A stretch of DNA of 64,000 nucleotides, taken from positions 7,518-71,517 of the forward strand of contig NZ_JARYGI010000015.1 of NCBI RefSeq assembly GCF_033795625.1, given 5' to 3'. Positions 18,956-28,122 of the stretch are shown here, piece by piece. The notes beneath the pieces are model-generated. The model was not told the DNA's origin and made no database searches. It saw only the letters and a list, made by a program, of their open reading frames with translations. The translations under genes and the position numbers were made by a program. How positions within the stretch are numbered: the first letter of the stretch is position 1; each line of letters opens with the position of its first letter. Origin of the DNA: Sphingobium sp. (lineage in GTDB: Bacteria > Pseudomonadota > Alphaproteobacteria > Sphingomonadales > Sphingomonadaceae).

Positions 18956-19593
18956 TGCCGGTGGCCCGGAATGGATATGCCGCCTTGTTGCTGCTGGCGG
19001 GATTGTCGGCCTGCGCGCCCGGTGAACGTAGTACGCTCGAAAATGTCGCCAATGGGGCGAACACTACAGATATCGAAGAGACCGTGGAGGCGCAGGCCCT
19101 GTCGGTGATGGAGCCTCTCAATCCGCCGGCGCCGGGCACGCCGGGCGGATTGCCGGACGACAGGGCACCCCTTATCGAAGGCCCGATAGATCCCGGCACG
19201 CCGCAGGGCGCTGCGCAGGTCGTGCAGGGCTATTATGGATTGCTGGAGGCCAAGCGCTTCGATGAGGCGCAGGACTTGTGGCGCGACGGCACCGATCATG
19301 GCGACGAACCCGCCAAGGCATTCGCGCAGCATTTTGCGGGCTTCAGCGAAATTCATGCCAATATAGGTGCGCCGTTGGACTCCGAAGGCGCGGCAGGGTC
19401 GGTCTACGTCACCGTGCCGGTTCAGGTCTATGCGCGCGTGAAGGCGACCGGGAAGCCTTATTATGCGCTGCGGTCCGTTGTCCTGCGCCGGACCAATGAT
19501 GTGCCCGGATCGACAGCGGAGCAGCGCCGCTGGCATGTGTACAAGATAGGGGCCTGGCCCTCATTGAGCCAGACCCCTCCAAAGCCGCAGTAA
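18955..19593 (+). CDS. Hypothetical lipoprotein
   Basis: Lipobox 'LLLAGLSAC'. The ATG overlaps the stop of the preceding gene (taATG), suggesting translational coupling. No family recognised. Confidence 0.6.
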   Translation: MPVARNGYAALLLLAGLSACAPGERSTLENVANGANTTDIEETVEAQALSVMEPLNPPAPGTPGGLPDDRAPLIEGPIDPGTPQGAAQVVQGYYGLLEAKRFDEAQDLWRDGTDHGDEPAKAFAQHFAGFSEIHANIGAPLDSEGAAGSVYVTVPVQVYARVKATGKPYYALRSVVLRRTNDVPGSTAEQRRWHVYKIGAWPSLSQTPPKPQ

Positions 19594-19605
19594 AGATCGG
19601 GAAGA

Positions 19606-20058
19606 TCAGGCCACGGTGGCCTTGACGATCTTGCCGGGCGTGCGCGGCGGCTCGCCCTTGGGCAGCGCGTCGACATTGTCCATGCCTTCGGTCACTTCGC
19701 CCCAGACGGTGTACTGGCCGTCAAGGAATGTGGCGTCATCGAAGCAGATGAAGAACTGGCTGTTCGCACTGTTCGGATTGGACGAACGCGCCATCGAGCA
19801 GACGCCGCGTACATGGGGCTGCTTGCTGAATTCCGCCTTGATGTCGGGCAGCTTCGATCCGCCCATGCCGGTGCCGGTCGGGTCGCCGCCCTGTGCCATG
19901 AAGCCGGGGATAACGCGATGGAACACCACGCCGTCATAGAAGCCTTCCTTGGCCAGCGTCGTGATGCGCTCGACATGGCCGGGTGCCAGATCGGGACGCA
20001 GCTTGATGACGACATCGCCGGTGTCGAGGGAAAGGGTAAGGGTTTCGTCGGCCATCAT
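19606..20058 (-). CDS. ppiB: Peptidyl-prolyl cis-trans isomerase, cyclophilin type
   Basis: 'FYDGVVFHRVIPGFMAQGGDPTGTGMGGS', 'SMARSSNPNSANSQFFI'. Confidence 0.93.
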   Translation of the reverse strand: MMADETLTLSLDTGDVVIKLRPDLAPGHVERITTLAKEGFYDGVVFHRVIPGFMAQGGDPTGTGMGGSKLPDIKAEFSKQPHVRGVCSMARSSNPNSANSQFFICFDDATFLDGQYTVWGEVTEGMDNVDALPKGEPPRTPGKIVKATVA

Positions 20059-20186
20059 GCATCCTTTTCATGCCGTTTGAATTCCGGTCCATATAGGGAC
20101 TTGGCAGGCCGATGGAAGTGCGGCTTCTGCAGGCACCACCATCCTTGCAATTATATTGTGCATCAGCGAAAGACTGCGCATGAGCG

Positions 20187-21626
20187 ATGGCAACGACAGC
20201 GACGGAGGCGGCGATGAGCGACAATGGCGCAATCGAATCCTTCGATGCGGAGATCGTCGAAGCCACTGAATCGCAGCATGACGAGGATGACCGCCTGAAA
20301 CCAGGCTTCGTCCGGGCGGTACTCGATGCCGTGGAAGATGGCGATGGCGAGGCGGCGCGGGAACTCGTCTCTCCCCTGCACCCGGCGGACATCGCCGACC
20401 TTCTGGAACTGACGCCATCGGAACGCCGTGCCGATGTGGCCGCAGCGCTGGGCGATCTGGTCGGCGCAGAGGTTCTTTCCGAACTCAATGATTATGTCCG
20501 CGACGACCTGATCGACGTGCTGCGGCCCGAGCAGGTCGCGGAATTCGCGCGTGAACTCGATACCGACGATGCCGTCGCGATTATCGAGGACATGGAGGAG
20601 GCCGACCAGCAGGCGGTCCTGGAGGCGATGAACCCCGAGGATCGCGCCGCCATCGAAAGCGCGCTCTCCTACCCGGAAGAATCCGCCGGACGCCTGATGC
20701 AGCGCGATCTGGTCGCGGTGCCCGAGCATATGACGGTCGGTCAGGTCATCGATTATCTGCGCGACCATGGCGACCTGACCAGCGATTTCTGGGAAGTGTT
20801 CGTCGTCGATCCGGGGCATAAGCCCATCGGCACCTGCCAGCTAAGCTGGATCCTCACCTGTCCGCGCGATATTCCCATGACCGACCTGATGAAGCGCGAG
20901 CAGACGCTTATCCCTGTGGATATGGATCAGGAGGAAGTAGCGTTGCGCTTCCAGAAATATGCGCTGATCTCTGCGGCGGTCGTGGATGAAAGCGGGCGGC
21001 TGGTCGGTATGATCACCGTCGACGACATCCTCCACATCGTACAGGAGGAAGCGGGCGAGGACATCCTGCGGCTCTCCGGTGCAGGCGATGGCGACATCAA
21101 TCAGCCGATATTGATGACCGTGCGCACCCGTCTGTCATGGCTGATCGTCAATCTGGGCACGGCCATTCTCGCTGCCTCGGTCGTCGGTTTCTTTCAGGAT
21201 ACGATCGCCAAATATGTGGTGCTGGCGGTGCTGATGCCGATCGTCTCCGGTATGGGCGGCAATGCGGGAACGCAAACGATGGCGGTGGCTGTACGTGCGC
21301 TCGCCACCAATCAGCTCACGAGTTCGAACACCCGGCGGAACATCATCCGCGAATTCCGTATTGCGCTGGCGAATGGCGCGGTGCTTGGCACGCTGATCGG
21401 TGTGGCGACCAGCCTGATCTACAGCAATCCGGATCTTGGCATCGTCATCGCCTCGGCCATGCTGATCAACAATATGGTGGCGGGACTCGCCGGCATATTG
21501 GTGCCTTTGACGCTGGACCGACTGGACATCGACCCGGCCGTTTCATCGGCCGTGTTCGTCACCACTCTGACGGACATTATGGGGTTCTTCTCCTTCCTGG
21601 GGCTGGCGGCCGCCTGGGGGCTCTAA
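20187..21626 (+). CDS. mgtE: Magnesium transporter MgtE
   Basis: N-terminal MgtE_N region, tandem CBS region ('LMQRDLVAVPEHMTVGQVIDYLR', 'AVVDESGRLVGMITVDDIL'), C-terminal TM domain 'PIVSGMGGNAGTQT'. Confidence 0.93.
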   Translation: MATTATEAAMSDNGAIESFDAEIVEATESQHDEDDRLKPGFVRAVLDAVEDGDGEAARELVSPLHPADIADLLELTPSERRADVAAALGDLVGAEVLSELNDYVRDDLIDVLRPEQVAEFARELDTDDAVAIIEDMEEADQQAVLEAMNPEDRAAIESALSYPEESAGRLMQRDLVAVPEHMTVGQVIDYLRDHGDLTSDFWEVFVVDPGHKPIGTCQLSWILTCPRDIPMTDLMKREQTLIPVDMDQEEVALRFQKYALISAAVVDESGRLVGMITVDDILHIVQEEAGEDILRLSGAGDGDINQPILMTVRTRLSWLIVNLGTAILAASVVGFFQDTIAKYVVLAVLMPIVSGMGGNAGTQTMAVAVRALATNQLTSSNTRRNIIREFRIALANGAVLGTLIGVATSLIYSNPDLGIVIASAMLINNMVAGLAGILVPLTLDRLDIDPAVSSAVFVTTLTDIMGFFSFLGLAAAWGL

Positions 21627-21669
21627 AGCGGCTCTTGCAGTCTCGCTATCCGTGGCCCATCTCGTATCC

Positions 21670-22071
21670 ATGCCGCTCCATATGACGAAGATCGCTTTCA
21701 TGAGCGAGAGCCCCGAAACTTTGCGAGCATGGCTGGAATCGCATCAGGATAGTGGGGAAGCACGGCTGACGACGCGCTATCTGCCAAAGCGCGTTGCTGA
21801 AATGACAGGCGGCTCGCTTTACTGGATTCACAGCCACGTCCTTGTAGGCCGCAGCCCGATCATCGGTTTTCAGCCGACGCCGGAAGGCCGCCACTGGATA
21901 AGGCTGGAGCCGCGCCTGATCGCGGTGGAAGGGCGGCCCAAGCGCGCCCATCAGGGCTGGCGCTATCTGGAGGACAAGGACGTACCCCTCGATCTTGGCG
22001 AAGGTGCTGAGGGCGCGGACATCCTACCGCCCGCCATGTTGAGCGAACTGGCTCGGCTGGGGCTGGTTTAA
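21670..22071 (+). CDS. DUF1489 family protein
   Basis: 'MPLHMTKIAFMSESPETLRAWLE...LYWIHSHVLVGRSPIIGF' matches my recollection of the alphaproteobacterial DUF1489 family. ATG at 21670 chosen. Confidence 0.65.
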   Translation: MPLHMTKIAFMSESPETLRAWLESHQDSGEARLTTRYLPKRVAEMTGGSLYWIHSHVLVGRSPIIGFQPTPEGRHWIRLEPRLIAVEGRPKRAHQGWRYLEDKDVPLDLGEGAEGADILPPAMLSELARLGLV

Positions 22072-22718
22072 GCCGCTTCCAGCCTGGATTGGACGTTGCG
22101 AAGGTCCTCCACGAACCGGGCGCGTTCCTCCGCCGCCTTCACCGCGTCCGGGATGCGCAGCAAATAGCTAGGGTGCACAGTGACCCAGCCTTCGCCGCCG
22201 CTTTCCAGCGGGATCGGCGCGCCGCGCGTTTTGCCGATCGCCACCGTCTTGCCAAGCATCGCTCGTGCGGCGGTCGCGCCCATCGCCAGCGTGATCTGCG
22301 GCTGGACGATATCGGTCTCCTGAGCCAGCCACCAGCGGCAGGCCTGAATTTCGGGCGTTTGCGGCGTCTGGTGCAGGCGTCGCTTGCCGCGCAGCTCATG
22401 CTTGAAGTGCTTGACAGCATTGGTGAGATAGACGCGGGCGCGATCGATGCCCGCCTGCTCCAGCGCCGCGTCCAGCACCTTGCCGGCCGGGCCGACGAAC
22501 GGACGTCCGGCAAGGTCCTCCTGATCGCCCGGTTGTTCGCCGATGATCATCAGCCGTGCGTCCACCGGACCTTCGCCAAAGACAGTCTGCGTTCCCACCA
22601 GATGTAAATGGCAGCGAGTACAGCCCATTGCTTCTTGACGTAGCGCGTCCCATGCGCCCTGCGCATTGCGGCCACCAGCGGGAGCGGGATCGGGCGTCTT
22701 AGGACTGGCGGGAATCAT
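22068..22718 (-). CDS. udgX: UdgX-type uracil-DNA glycosylase family protein (family-4-like Fe-S UDG with KRRxH crosslinking loop)
   Basis: 'GCTRCHL' (Fe-S CxxC), 'LMIIGEQPGDQEDLAGRPFVGPAGKVLD', 'TNAVKHFKHELRGKRRLHQTP', 'TVHPSYLLR'. See findings. Confidence 0.8.
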   Translation of the reverse strand: MIPASPKTPDPAPAGGRNAQGAWDALRQEAMGCTRCHLHLVGTQTVFGEGPVDARLMIIGEQPGDQEDLAGRPFVGPAGKVLDAALEQAGIDRARVYLTNAVKHFKHELRGKRRLHQTPQTPEIQACRWWLAQETDIVQPQITLAMGATAARAMLGKTVAIGKTRGAPIPLESGGEGWVTVHPSYLLRIPDAVKAAEERARFVEDLRNVQSRLEAA

Positions 22719-22899
22719 CGCGGACTCACGCGTCTGCGCCGGGAGGGACGATCTGCCGAACAGATCGCCCCGCTCTTTGCCGATGCTCTACACCATGTCC
22801 GATGCCGAAGGCTCGCCATCGCCAATGCACGGGTCGCGTCGCGCCAGCCTTCGAATTGATCCTCGGCGGATAGGCTGACGCTGTACATGGCGCGTGCCT

Positions 22900-23370
22900 T
22901 CAGTCCTCGGCAGCCTGGGCACGTTCCAGTTCGGCGGGCTTCCGCTCGGCGAAGCGCTCCGCCAGTGCTGCTTCCTCGCTGGAGGACAATTCCTCGGCGG
23001 CGTCAGGGAACATCTCCTCTTCCTCCTCCTCGATATGATGGAGGTAGCGCTTCTTCATCGTCGCGAAGATTTCTTCCCACTGGCCGGAGCCGACCTCCAG
23101 TTCGCTTATCTCTTCGAGATAATCCTCTATTTCCTTGTGTTCGGATACACTGTGCTGCGCATCTTCACGCAAATCCGGGCGGGACAGCATCGTGGCGTAA
23201 AGCGTTTCTTCCTCTGCCGCAGCATGCGCCGTCACTTCGATCTTGAACTGGTCGAACAGCTTTGCCCGCCGGTCATTCTGCCCTTTGGCATCTTCCAGCT
23301 TGTCGAGCAGCAGGCGATGCTGGTCGTGGTCCTGTTTCAATGCGTCGAAGATATCGGCCTGCGCCATCAT
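22900..23370 (-). CDS. Hemerythrin-domain protein
   Basis: Start at the ATG ATG at 23370 within the longer ORF. Four His/Glu motifs: 'KQDHDQH', 'TAHAAAEEE', 'SVSEHKEIED', 'YLHHIEEEE'. Confidence 0.85.
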   Translation of the reverse strand: MMAQADIFDALKQDHDQHRLLLDKLEDAKGQNDRRAKLFDQFKIEVTAHAAAEEETLYATMLSRPDLREDAQHSVSEHKEIEDYLEEISELEVGSGQWEEIFATMKKRYLHHIEEEEEEMFPDAAEELSSSEEAALAERFAERKPAELERAQAAED

Positions 23371-23434
23371 GGGTACTCCTGCTGTGTCGCAAGAGAAACC
23401 GTCGGCATCGCCAAAAGGTTCAGCCGAAAAGATT

Positions 23435-23779
23435 CTAGCTGACGAGCGCGATCGCGATCCAGAGAAACGGCGCAGTGAGCGAGGCGCTCCACAGCGGCCA
23501 GAGGTCCGCACGATACTGCGCTCGAACGCTCGCGATACGCTGCGGAGTTTGCGGCAAATGCGCCCATCGACTTTCCAGTGTGCGGGCGGCCACGGAAAAA
23601 CACCCGAGCGAGAGGAAGATGCCCAGATGCATGAGCAGCGATCCATGGAGGCTGGCGACGACGGCAATCTGGAGAACGGCAAAAACGGTTAGCGCCGCCG
23701 CAACATGGCTGCTCATCCGCTTCGCGTAATTCGCGGCTTGTTTTTGATCGATTGCATGCGTCGGAAACAAAGATGCCAC
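23435..23779 (-). CDS. Hypothetical membrane protein (about 3 TM segments)
   Basis: Hydrophobic segments 'VAAALTVFAVLQIAVVASL', 'LLMHLGIFLSLGCFSVAA', 'SASLTAPFLWIAIALV'. Same strand as, and 64 nt upstream of, the hemerythrin gene. No family recognised. Confidence 0.45.
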   Translation of the reverse strand: MASLFPTHAIDQKQAANYAKRMSSHVAAALTVFAVLQIAVVASLHGSLLMHLGIFLSLGCFSVAARTLESRWAHLPQTPQRIASVRAQYRADLWPLWSASLTAPFLWIAIALVS

Positions 23780-23922
23780 AGCGTCGCCCCGGCTGAGTGA
23801 TCTTCTTCCTACGTTTCATGAGAGCAGCCGCGAATCAACAGAAAACATCGGAGGGTTTCTCAGGCCTAAGCGGCGCTAAGCCCGCCCCGAGTACACAGTT
23901 CCGCTTGGATCTCAGATGAAGC

Positions 23923-25326
23923 TTATCTCTGGTCCTCATAGGCGATTTGCAAAATGCCCCAATGGCGGCCGGAGATATGAATCGACGCGATGATCTGCTT
24001 CAACAGCATTATGCCTCCGCCGACGATCGGTCGCCGATAGGCCTTGATGCAGAAGGGGGCAGTTATTTGCACCTGTTCGCGCGTGTCGAGATGTTCGAAT
24101 ATCTGGCCTGCGCGAGCATGTTCTGCATTCCACACCGGATCATTTGGCCGCTGCGGCAGGGATCGCTCGGGCATGGCCACGCCGCCCCAGGAATTGCGAT
24201 CCGTGCAGGTCATGCCGAAGAAGCCGGGGAGCCTGCGCGCGCGCTCTTGGAATGGACGAGCGGCCGCGGTGATCCATTGCTGAACAGGGTGTTTGAAAAG
24301 TAGCGGTTCTGCGCTTCCAAGCGGAAGATAGCGTTCGCTGAATACATCTTTTTCGCTGATGCGCCCGTGGGCAATATCGCTTTCGACAGCGGCAGCTATT
24401 CCCTCTGCTGCAGCCAGTCCGAAGCGGATGTAGGGCGAGTCTGGAATGTCGACGCCGCTCTCCGCCAGATATTGCAGCAGAGTATTGGTGTCGTCGCTGA
24501 CACGGCTCAAGCGGCCGGACAGTCGTTGCAGCCCGTCCGCATTGTCAATCGACGTGGCGCCAAGCGCGTCCAGGCCGAGATGAATTTGGCTGACCGAGCC
24601 GACCATTGACCCGATGCGATTGGCTACGGACACGCTGTTTTCAGAAAGGCCCCCCATAAGCGCACCGAGCCGGTCTACCAATGCTTCGATGTCGCGTGTG
24701 CCTTTGTGCGCCGATTTGGCCTTTTCCACGCCATGGCCAATGCGGCTCAGCATGCCGCCGGCTTCACCAGTCAAGGCGCGAATCGAAACTTCGATGGTGT
24801 TGGTTGCGGCAGCAGTTTCCTGGGCGAGTTTCTTCACTTCGCTGGCGACGACGGCAAAACCTCGCCCTGCGTCACCCGCGCGCGCGGCTTCGATTGCCGC
24901 GTTGAGAGCCAGCAAATTGGTCTGGCTCGCAATGCCGCTGATGACGCTGGTTACATGCGCGACAGTGGCCAGTGCTTCGTTGAAGCCGCCCAGGCTGTCG
25001 TGGATGCGGCTTACCTGTTCGATCATGTCGACCACGTTTGCCGTCGCTTCGCCAAGCTGCTTGTTCGAATCTTCGATCACGCCGCGGGCTGCCCGCGCCT
25101 GTTGCTGAGCATCGTTCGCGGCGCTGGACACATTGGCGCTATCCTGCGCCAGTTGCACGGCTTCGGAACTGATCGCTTCGATCGTGCGAGCCTGATCCGT
25201 CACTCGATCGGCAAGTTCGGAAATATCCGCCTGAAGATCGAGGGTGCGAATGCCAAGATCACCCGATAGCTTGGCCGCCCGTTTGATCGTCTGACTAATG
25301 TCTGTCGCAGGTACAGGGTGTTGCAT
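23923..25326 (-). CDS. Soluble methyl-accepting chemotaxis protein: N-terminal MCP signalling domain, C-terminal sensor-like domain
   Basis: Signalling hairpin '[40 protein letters not shown]'. No TM segment. C-terminal roughly 170 aa end in '...[35 protein letters not shown]'. Confidence 0.85.
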   Translation of the reverse strand: MQHPVPATDISQTIKRAAKLSGDLGIRTLDLQADISELADRVTDQARTIEAISSEAVQLAQDSANVSSAANDAQQQARAARGVIEDSNKQLGEATANVVDMIEQVSRIHDSLGGFNEALATVAHVTSVISGIASQTNLLALNAAIEAARAGDAGRGFAVVASEVKKLAQETAAATNTIEVSIRALTGEAGGMLSRIGHGVEKAKSAHKGTRDIEALVDRLGALMGGLSENSVSVANRIGSMVGSVSQIHLGLDALGATSIDNADGLQRLSGRLSRVSDDTNTLLQYLAESGVDIPDSPYIRFGLAAAEGIAAAVESDIAHGRISEKDVFSERYLPLGSAEPLLFKHPVQQWITAAARPFQERARRLPGFFGMTCTDRNSWGGVAMPERSLPQRPNDPVWNAEHARAGQIFEHLDTREQVQITAPFCIKAYRRPIVGGGIMLLKQIIASIHISGRHWGILQIAYEDQR

Positions 25327-25410
25327 CGTGACGTGCGTACGTCATTGTTGTTAAGGAAGGATTAGCCCTCCCGCTGCGCGAAGATTAACAGACAGGGAAA
25401 ATTCGGCGCT

Positions 25411-26934
25411 TCATGCCTTTTCCAGCAGCTTCTCCCTCGCGATCTTCTCGCGCCATACCAACGGAGCGAGGTGGTGGACGGACTGCCCTTGGCTATCCAC
25501 GGCAACTGTGACCGGCATGTCCTGCACCTCGAATTCGTAGATCGCCTCCATGCCGAGATCCTGGAAGCCCACGACCTTCGATCCCTTGATCGCCTTCGCC
25601 ACCAGATAGGCCGCACCACCTACCGCCATCAGATAGGCGCTCTTGTGATCGCGGATCGCCTCGATAGCCATGGGGCCGCGCTCCGCTTTGCCGACCATGG
25701 CGAGCAGGCCCTCTTCCAGCATCATGCGCGTGAACTTGTCCATGCGCGTGGCGGTGGTGGGACCGGCCGGGCCCACGACTTCCTCGCCAACCGGGTCTAC
25801 AGGGCCGACATAATAGATCACGCGGCCCTTGAACTCGACAGGCAGGGGCTCACCCGCGTCGAGCATGTCCTTGATCCGCTTATGCGCAGCGTCGCGGCCA
25901 GTCAGCATCTTGCCGTTCAGCAGCAAGCGGTCGCCATGCTTCCAGCTTTGCACGACTTCCGGCGTCAGTGTGTCCAGATCGACGCGGATCGCGGCCTTGT
26001 CCGGCGTCCAGTTCACATCGGGCCATTCGCTGAGCTTGGGCTGTTCCAGATAGGCCGGCCCGCTGCCATCCAGCGTAAAGTGGGCATGGCGTGTCGCGGC
26101 GCAGTTGGGGATCATGGCAACCGGCTTGCCCGCGGCGTGGCAAGGCGCGTCCATTATCTTGACGTCAAGGATAGTCGATAGGCCGCCAAGCCCCTGCGCG
26201 CCGATGCCAAGCGCATTCACCTTGTCGAAGATCTCGATACGCAGCGCCTCGATATCGTTCTGCGGCCCGCGCGCCTTCAACGGACCCATGTCGATCGGGT
26301 CCATCAGCGCCTTCTTGGCGAGCAGCACGCAATGTTCGGCCGTGCCGCCGATGCCGATGCCGAGCATGCCCGGTGGGCACCAGCCTGCACCCATTTGCGG
26401 GATCATCTCCAGCACCCAGTCGGCAATATTGTCGCTGGGGTTCATCATCTTGAACTTGGACTTGTTCTCGCTGCCGCCGCCCTTGGCCGCCACATCGATC
26501 GTGACTTTGGAGCCGGGCACCATCTCCACATGCAGCACGCAAGGGGTGTTGTCCTTGGTGTTGCGGCGGGTGAATGCGGGGTCGGCAAGAACCGAGGCGC
26601 GCAGCTTGTTCTCAGGGTGGAGATAGGCGCGGCGGACGCCTTCATCGATGATTTCCTGCATCGACTTGGCCGTGTCGTCCAGACGGCAGTCCATGCCCCA
26701 CTTCACGAACACATTGACGATGCCGGTATCCTGACAGATGGGGCGATGCCCTTCGGCGCACATGCGGCTGTTCGTCAGGATCTGGGCAATGGCGTCCTTG
26801 GCCGCGGGGGACTGCTCCGCCTCATAGGCTTCGCCGAGCGCGCGGATATAATCCATGGGGTGATAGTAGCTGATGAACTGGAGGGCGTCGGCGACGCTTT
26901 CGATCAGGTCGGCTTGAGTGATGGTGACGGTCAT
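25411..26934 (-). CDS. Fumarate hydratase, class I (Fe-S dependent, fused alpha/beta)
   Basis: 'ICQDTGIVNVFVKWG', 'GGGSENKSKF', 'CPPGMLGIGIGGTAE', C-terminal 'GPTTATRMD...EAIYEFEVQDMPVTV'. 507 aa. Confidence 0.93.
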   Translation of the reverse strand: MTVTITQADLIESVADALQFISYYHPMDYIRALGEAYEAEQSPAAKDAIAQILTNSRMCAEGHRPICQDTGIVNVFVKWGMDCRLDDTAKSMQEIIDEGVRRAYLHPENKLRASVLADPAFTRRNTKDNTPCVLHVEMVPGSKVTIDVAAKGGGSENKSKFKMMNPSDNIADWVLEMIPQMGAGWCPPGMLGIGIGGTAEHCVLLAKKALMDPIDMGPLKARGPQNDIEALRIEIFDKVNALGIGAQGLGGLSTILDVKIMDAPCHAAGKPVAMIPNCAATRHAHFTLDGSGPAYLEQPKLSEWPDVNWTPDKAAIRVDLDTLTPEVVQSWKHGDRLLLNGKMLTGRDAAHKRIKDMLDAGEPLPVEFKGRVIYYVGPVDPVGEEVVGPAGPTTATRMDKFTRMMLEEGLLAMVGKAERGPMAIEAIRDHKSAYLMAVGGAAYLVAKAIKGSKVVGFQDLGMEAIYEFEVQDMPVTVAVDSQGQSVHHLAPLVWREKIAREKLLEKA

Positions 26935-26997
26935 GGCCCGGAAGTCCCCGCTCTGCTGGATATTTGCGGTTCGCTATAGAGGCTTTGCATCGGGTGT

Positions 26998-27375
26998 CTA
27001 GACGAACAGCAGCCTGTCGTCGGCAGTGACGCTCTGGAGAAAGCTGACGGTTCCGCCGATGTCGATGCGCGGGTCCAGCGTAGCCGCTTCGATGGCGGAA
27101 AGCGTGAGGCCGCTCTGGCAAGCAATGAAGGTCACGCCGAGATCGAGTGCCTCGCCCATCAGTGCGGCCAGTAATGGCATTCCGGCGGCTTTGTGGGCCT
27201 CATCGCGTGGAGCTGACGCATTGACCAGCAAGGCTGCGGCGTCCATCTGGAAGAATATCCCAGCCTCTCCACCCAGCGCTACATACGCGGACGCCAGTGC
27301 GAGGGCACCGCGAAACCGTTCCGCGTCCGGCGTCAGCAGAACGATCTTCAGGCGGGGCAAGACGCCAGCGCACAA
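26998..27375 (-). CDS. DsrE/DsrF-like family protein (no ATG start: TTG candidates at 27375 and 27360)
   Basis: About 120 aa. 'KIVLLTPDAERFRGALALASAYVALGGEAGIFFQMDAA' and a conserved-looking Cys in 'VTFIACQSG'. Overlaps the 3' end of moeB. Confidence 0.5.
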   Translation of the reverse strand: MCAGVLPRLKIVLLTPDAERFRGALALASAYVALGGEAGIFFQMDAAALLVNASAPRDEAHKAAGMPLLAALMGEALDLGVTFIACQSGLTLSAIEAATLDPRIDIGGTVSFLQSVTADDRLLFV

Positions 27376-28112
27376 CTGGGGCAGGCGGGGTCCTTCGGCA
27401 CCGTCAGGGTGCGGAAGCGGAGCGACAGGAGATCGGCTATGAGCAGCTTGCCCGCGCTATCTTCGCCGAAGGGCACCACTGCGCGGATCGCCTCCAGCGC
27501 GGCGAGGCTACCCATAGTTCCGGTTAGCGCGCCGATGACGCCCTGATCGGCGCAATTGGTATCGGCGCGGGCCGGGTCTCCACCGACGAGGCAGCGATAG
27601 CAGGGCTTATCGGCTTCCCAACCGCGATAGACGCCCAGCTGCCCCTCGAACTGGCCGACCGCCGCGGAGACGAGGGGAATGCGCAGCCCCTGTGCGGCGT
27701 CGGATACCGCGAGGCGAGTGTCGAAGCTGTCGCTGCCGTCGATGATGACGTCGACATTGCGCAACATCAGGGCGGCGTTGTCCGGTGTAAGCCGCTGAAG
27801 TATAGGGATGACATGGACGTCTGGCGTCAGGCGGCTGACTGCCGCGAGAGCAGCCTCCGCCTTGGGCGCGCCGATGTCGGCGGTCCCGTACAGCACCTGC
27901 CGCTGCAGATTGGAGAGCGCCACGGCATCGTCATCGATGACTCGCAGCGTGCCGACACCCGCCGCAGCTAGGTACTGGATCGCCGGACTGCCGATGCCGC
28001 CCGCCCCGACCAGCGCCACATGGGCGGAGAGCAGCCGGGCCTGACCCGCGCCGCCGATTTCCTTCAGGACGATGTGCCGGGCATAGCGGTTGAGTTGCGC
28101 GTCGGTCAGCAT
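27348..28112 (-). CDS. moeB: Molybdopterin-synthase adenylyltransferase / ThiF-MoeB-HesA family E1-like enzyme
   Basis: Start at the ATG at 28112. 'LTDAQLNRYARHIVLKEIGGAGQARL', nucleotide loop 'VGAGGIGSP', CxxC pairs 'CYRCL' and 'CPSC'. Confidence 0.85.
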   Translation of the reverse strand: MLTDAQLNRYARHIVLKEIGGAGQARLLSAHVALVGAGGIGSPAIQYLAAAGVGTLRVIDDDAVALSNLQRQVLYGTADIGAPKAEAALAAVSRLTPDVHVIPILQRLTPDNAALMLRNVDVIIDGSDSFDTRLAVSDAAQGLRIPLVSAAVGQFEGQLGVYRGWEADKPCYRCLVGGDPARADTNCADQGVIGALTGTMGSLAALEAIRAVVPFGEDSAGKLLIADLLSLRFRTLTVPKDPACPSCALASCPA

Positions 28113-28122
28113 AGCGCGTGGC

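Noticed and set aside
20059-20186. Mg2+ (M-box) riboswitch upstream of mgtE.
   Set aside because: The spacer is only 128 nt, shorter than an M-box aptamer plus expression platform. I saw no extended conserved helices.
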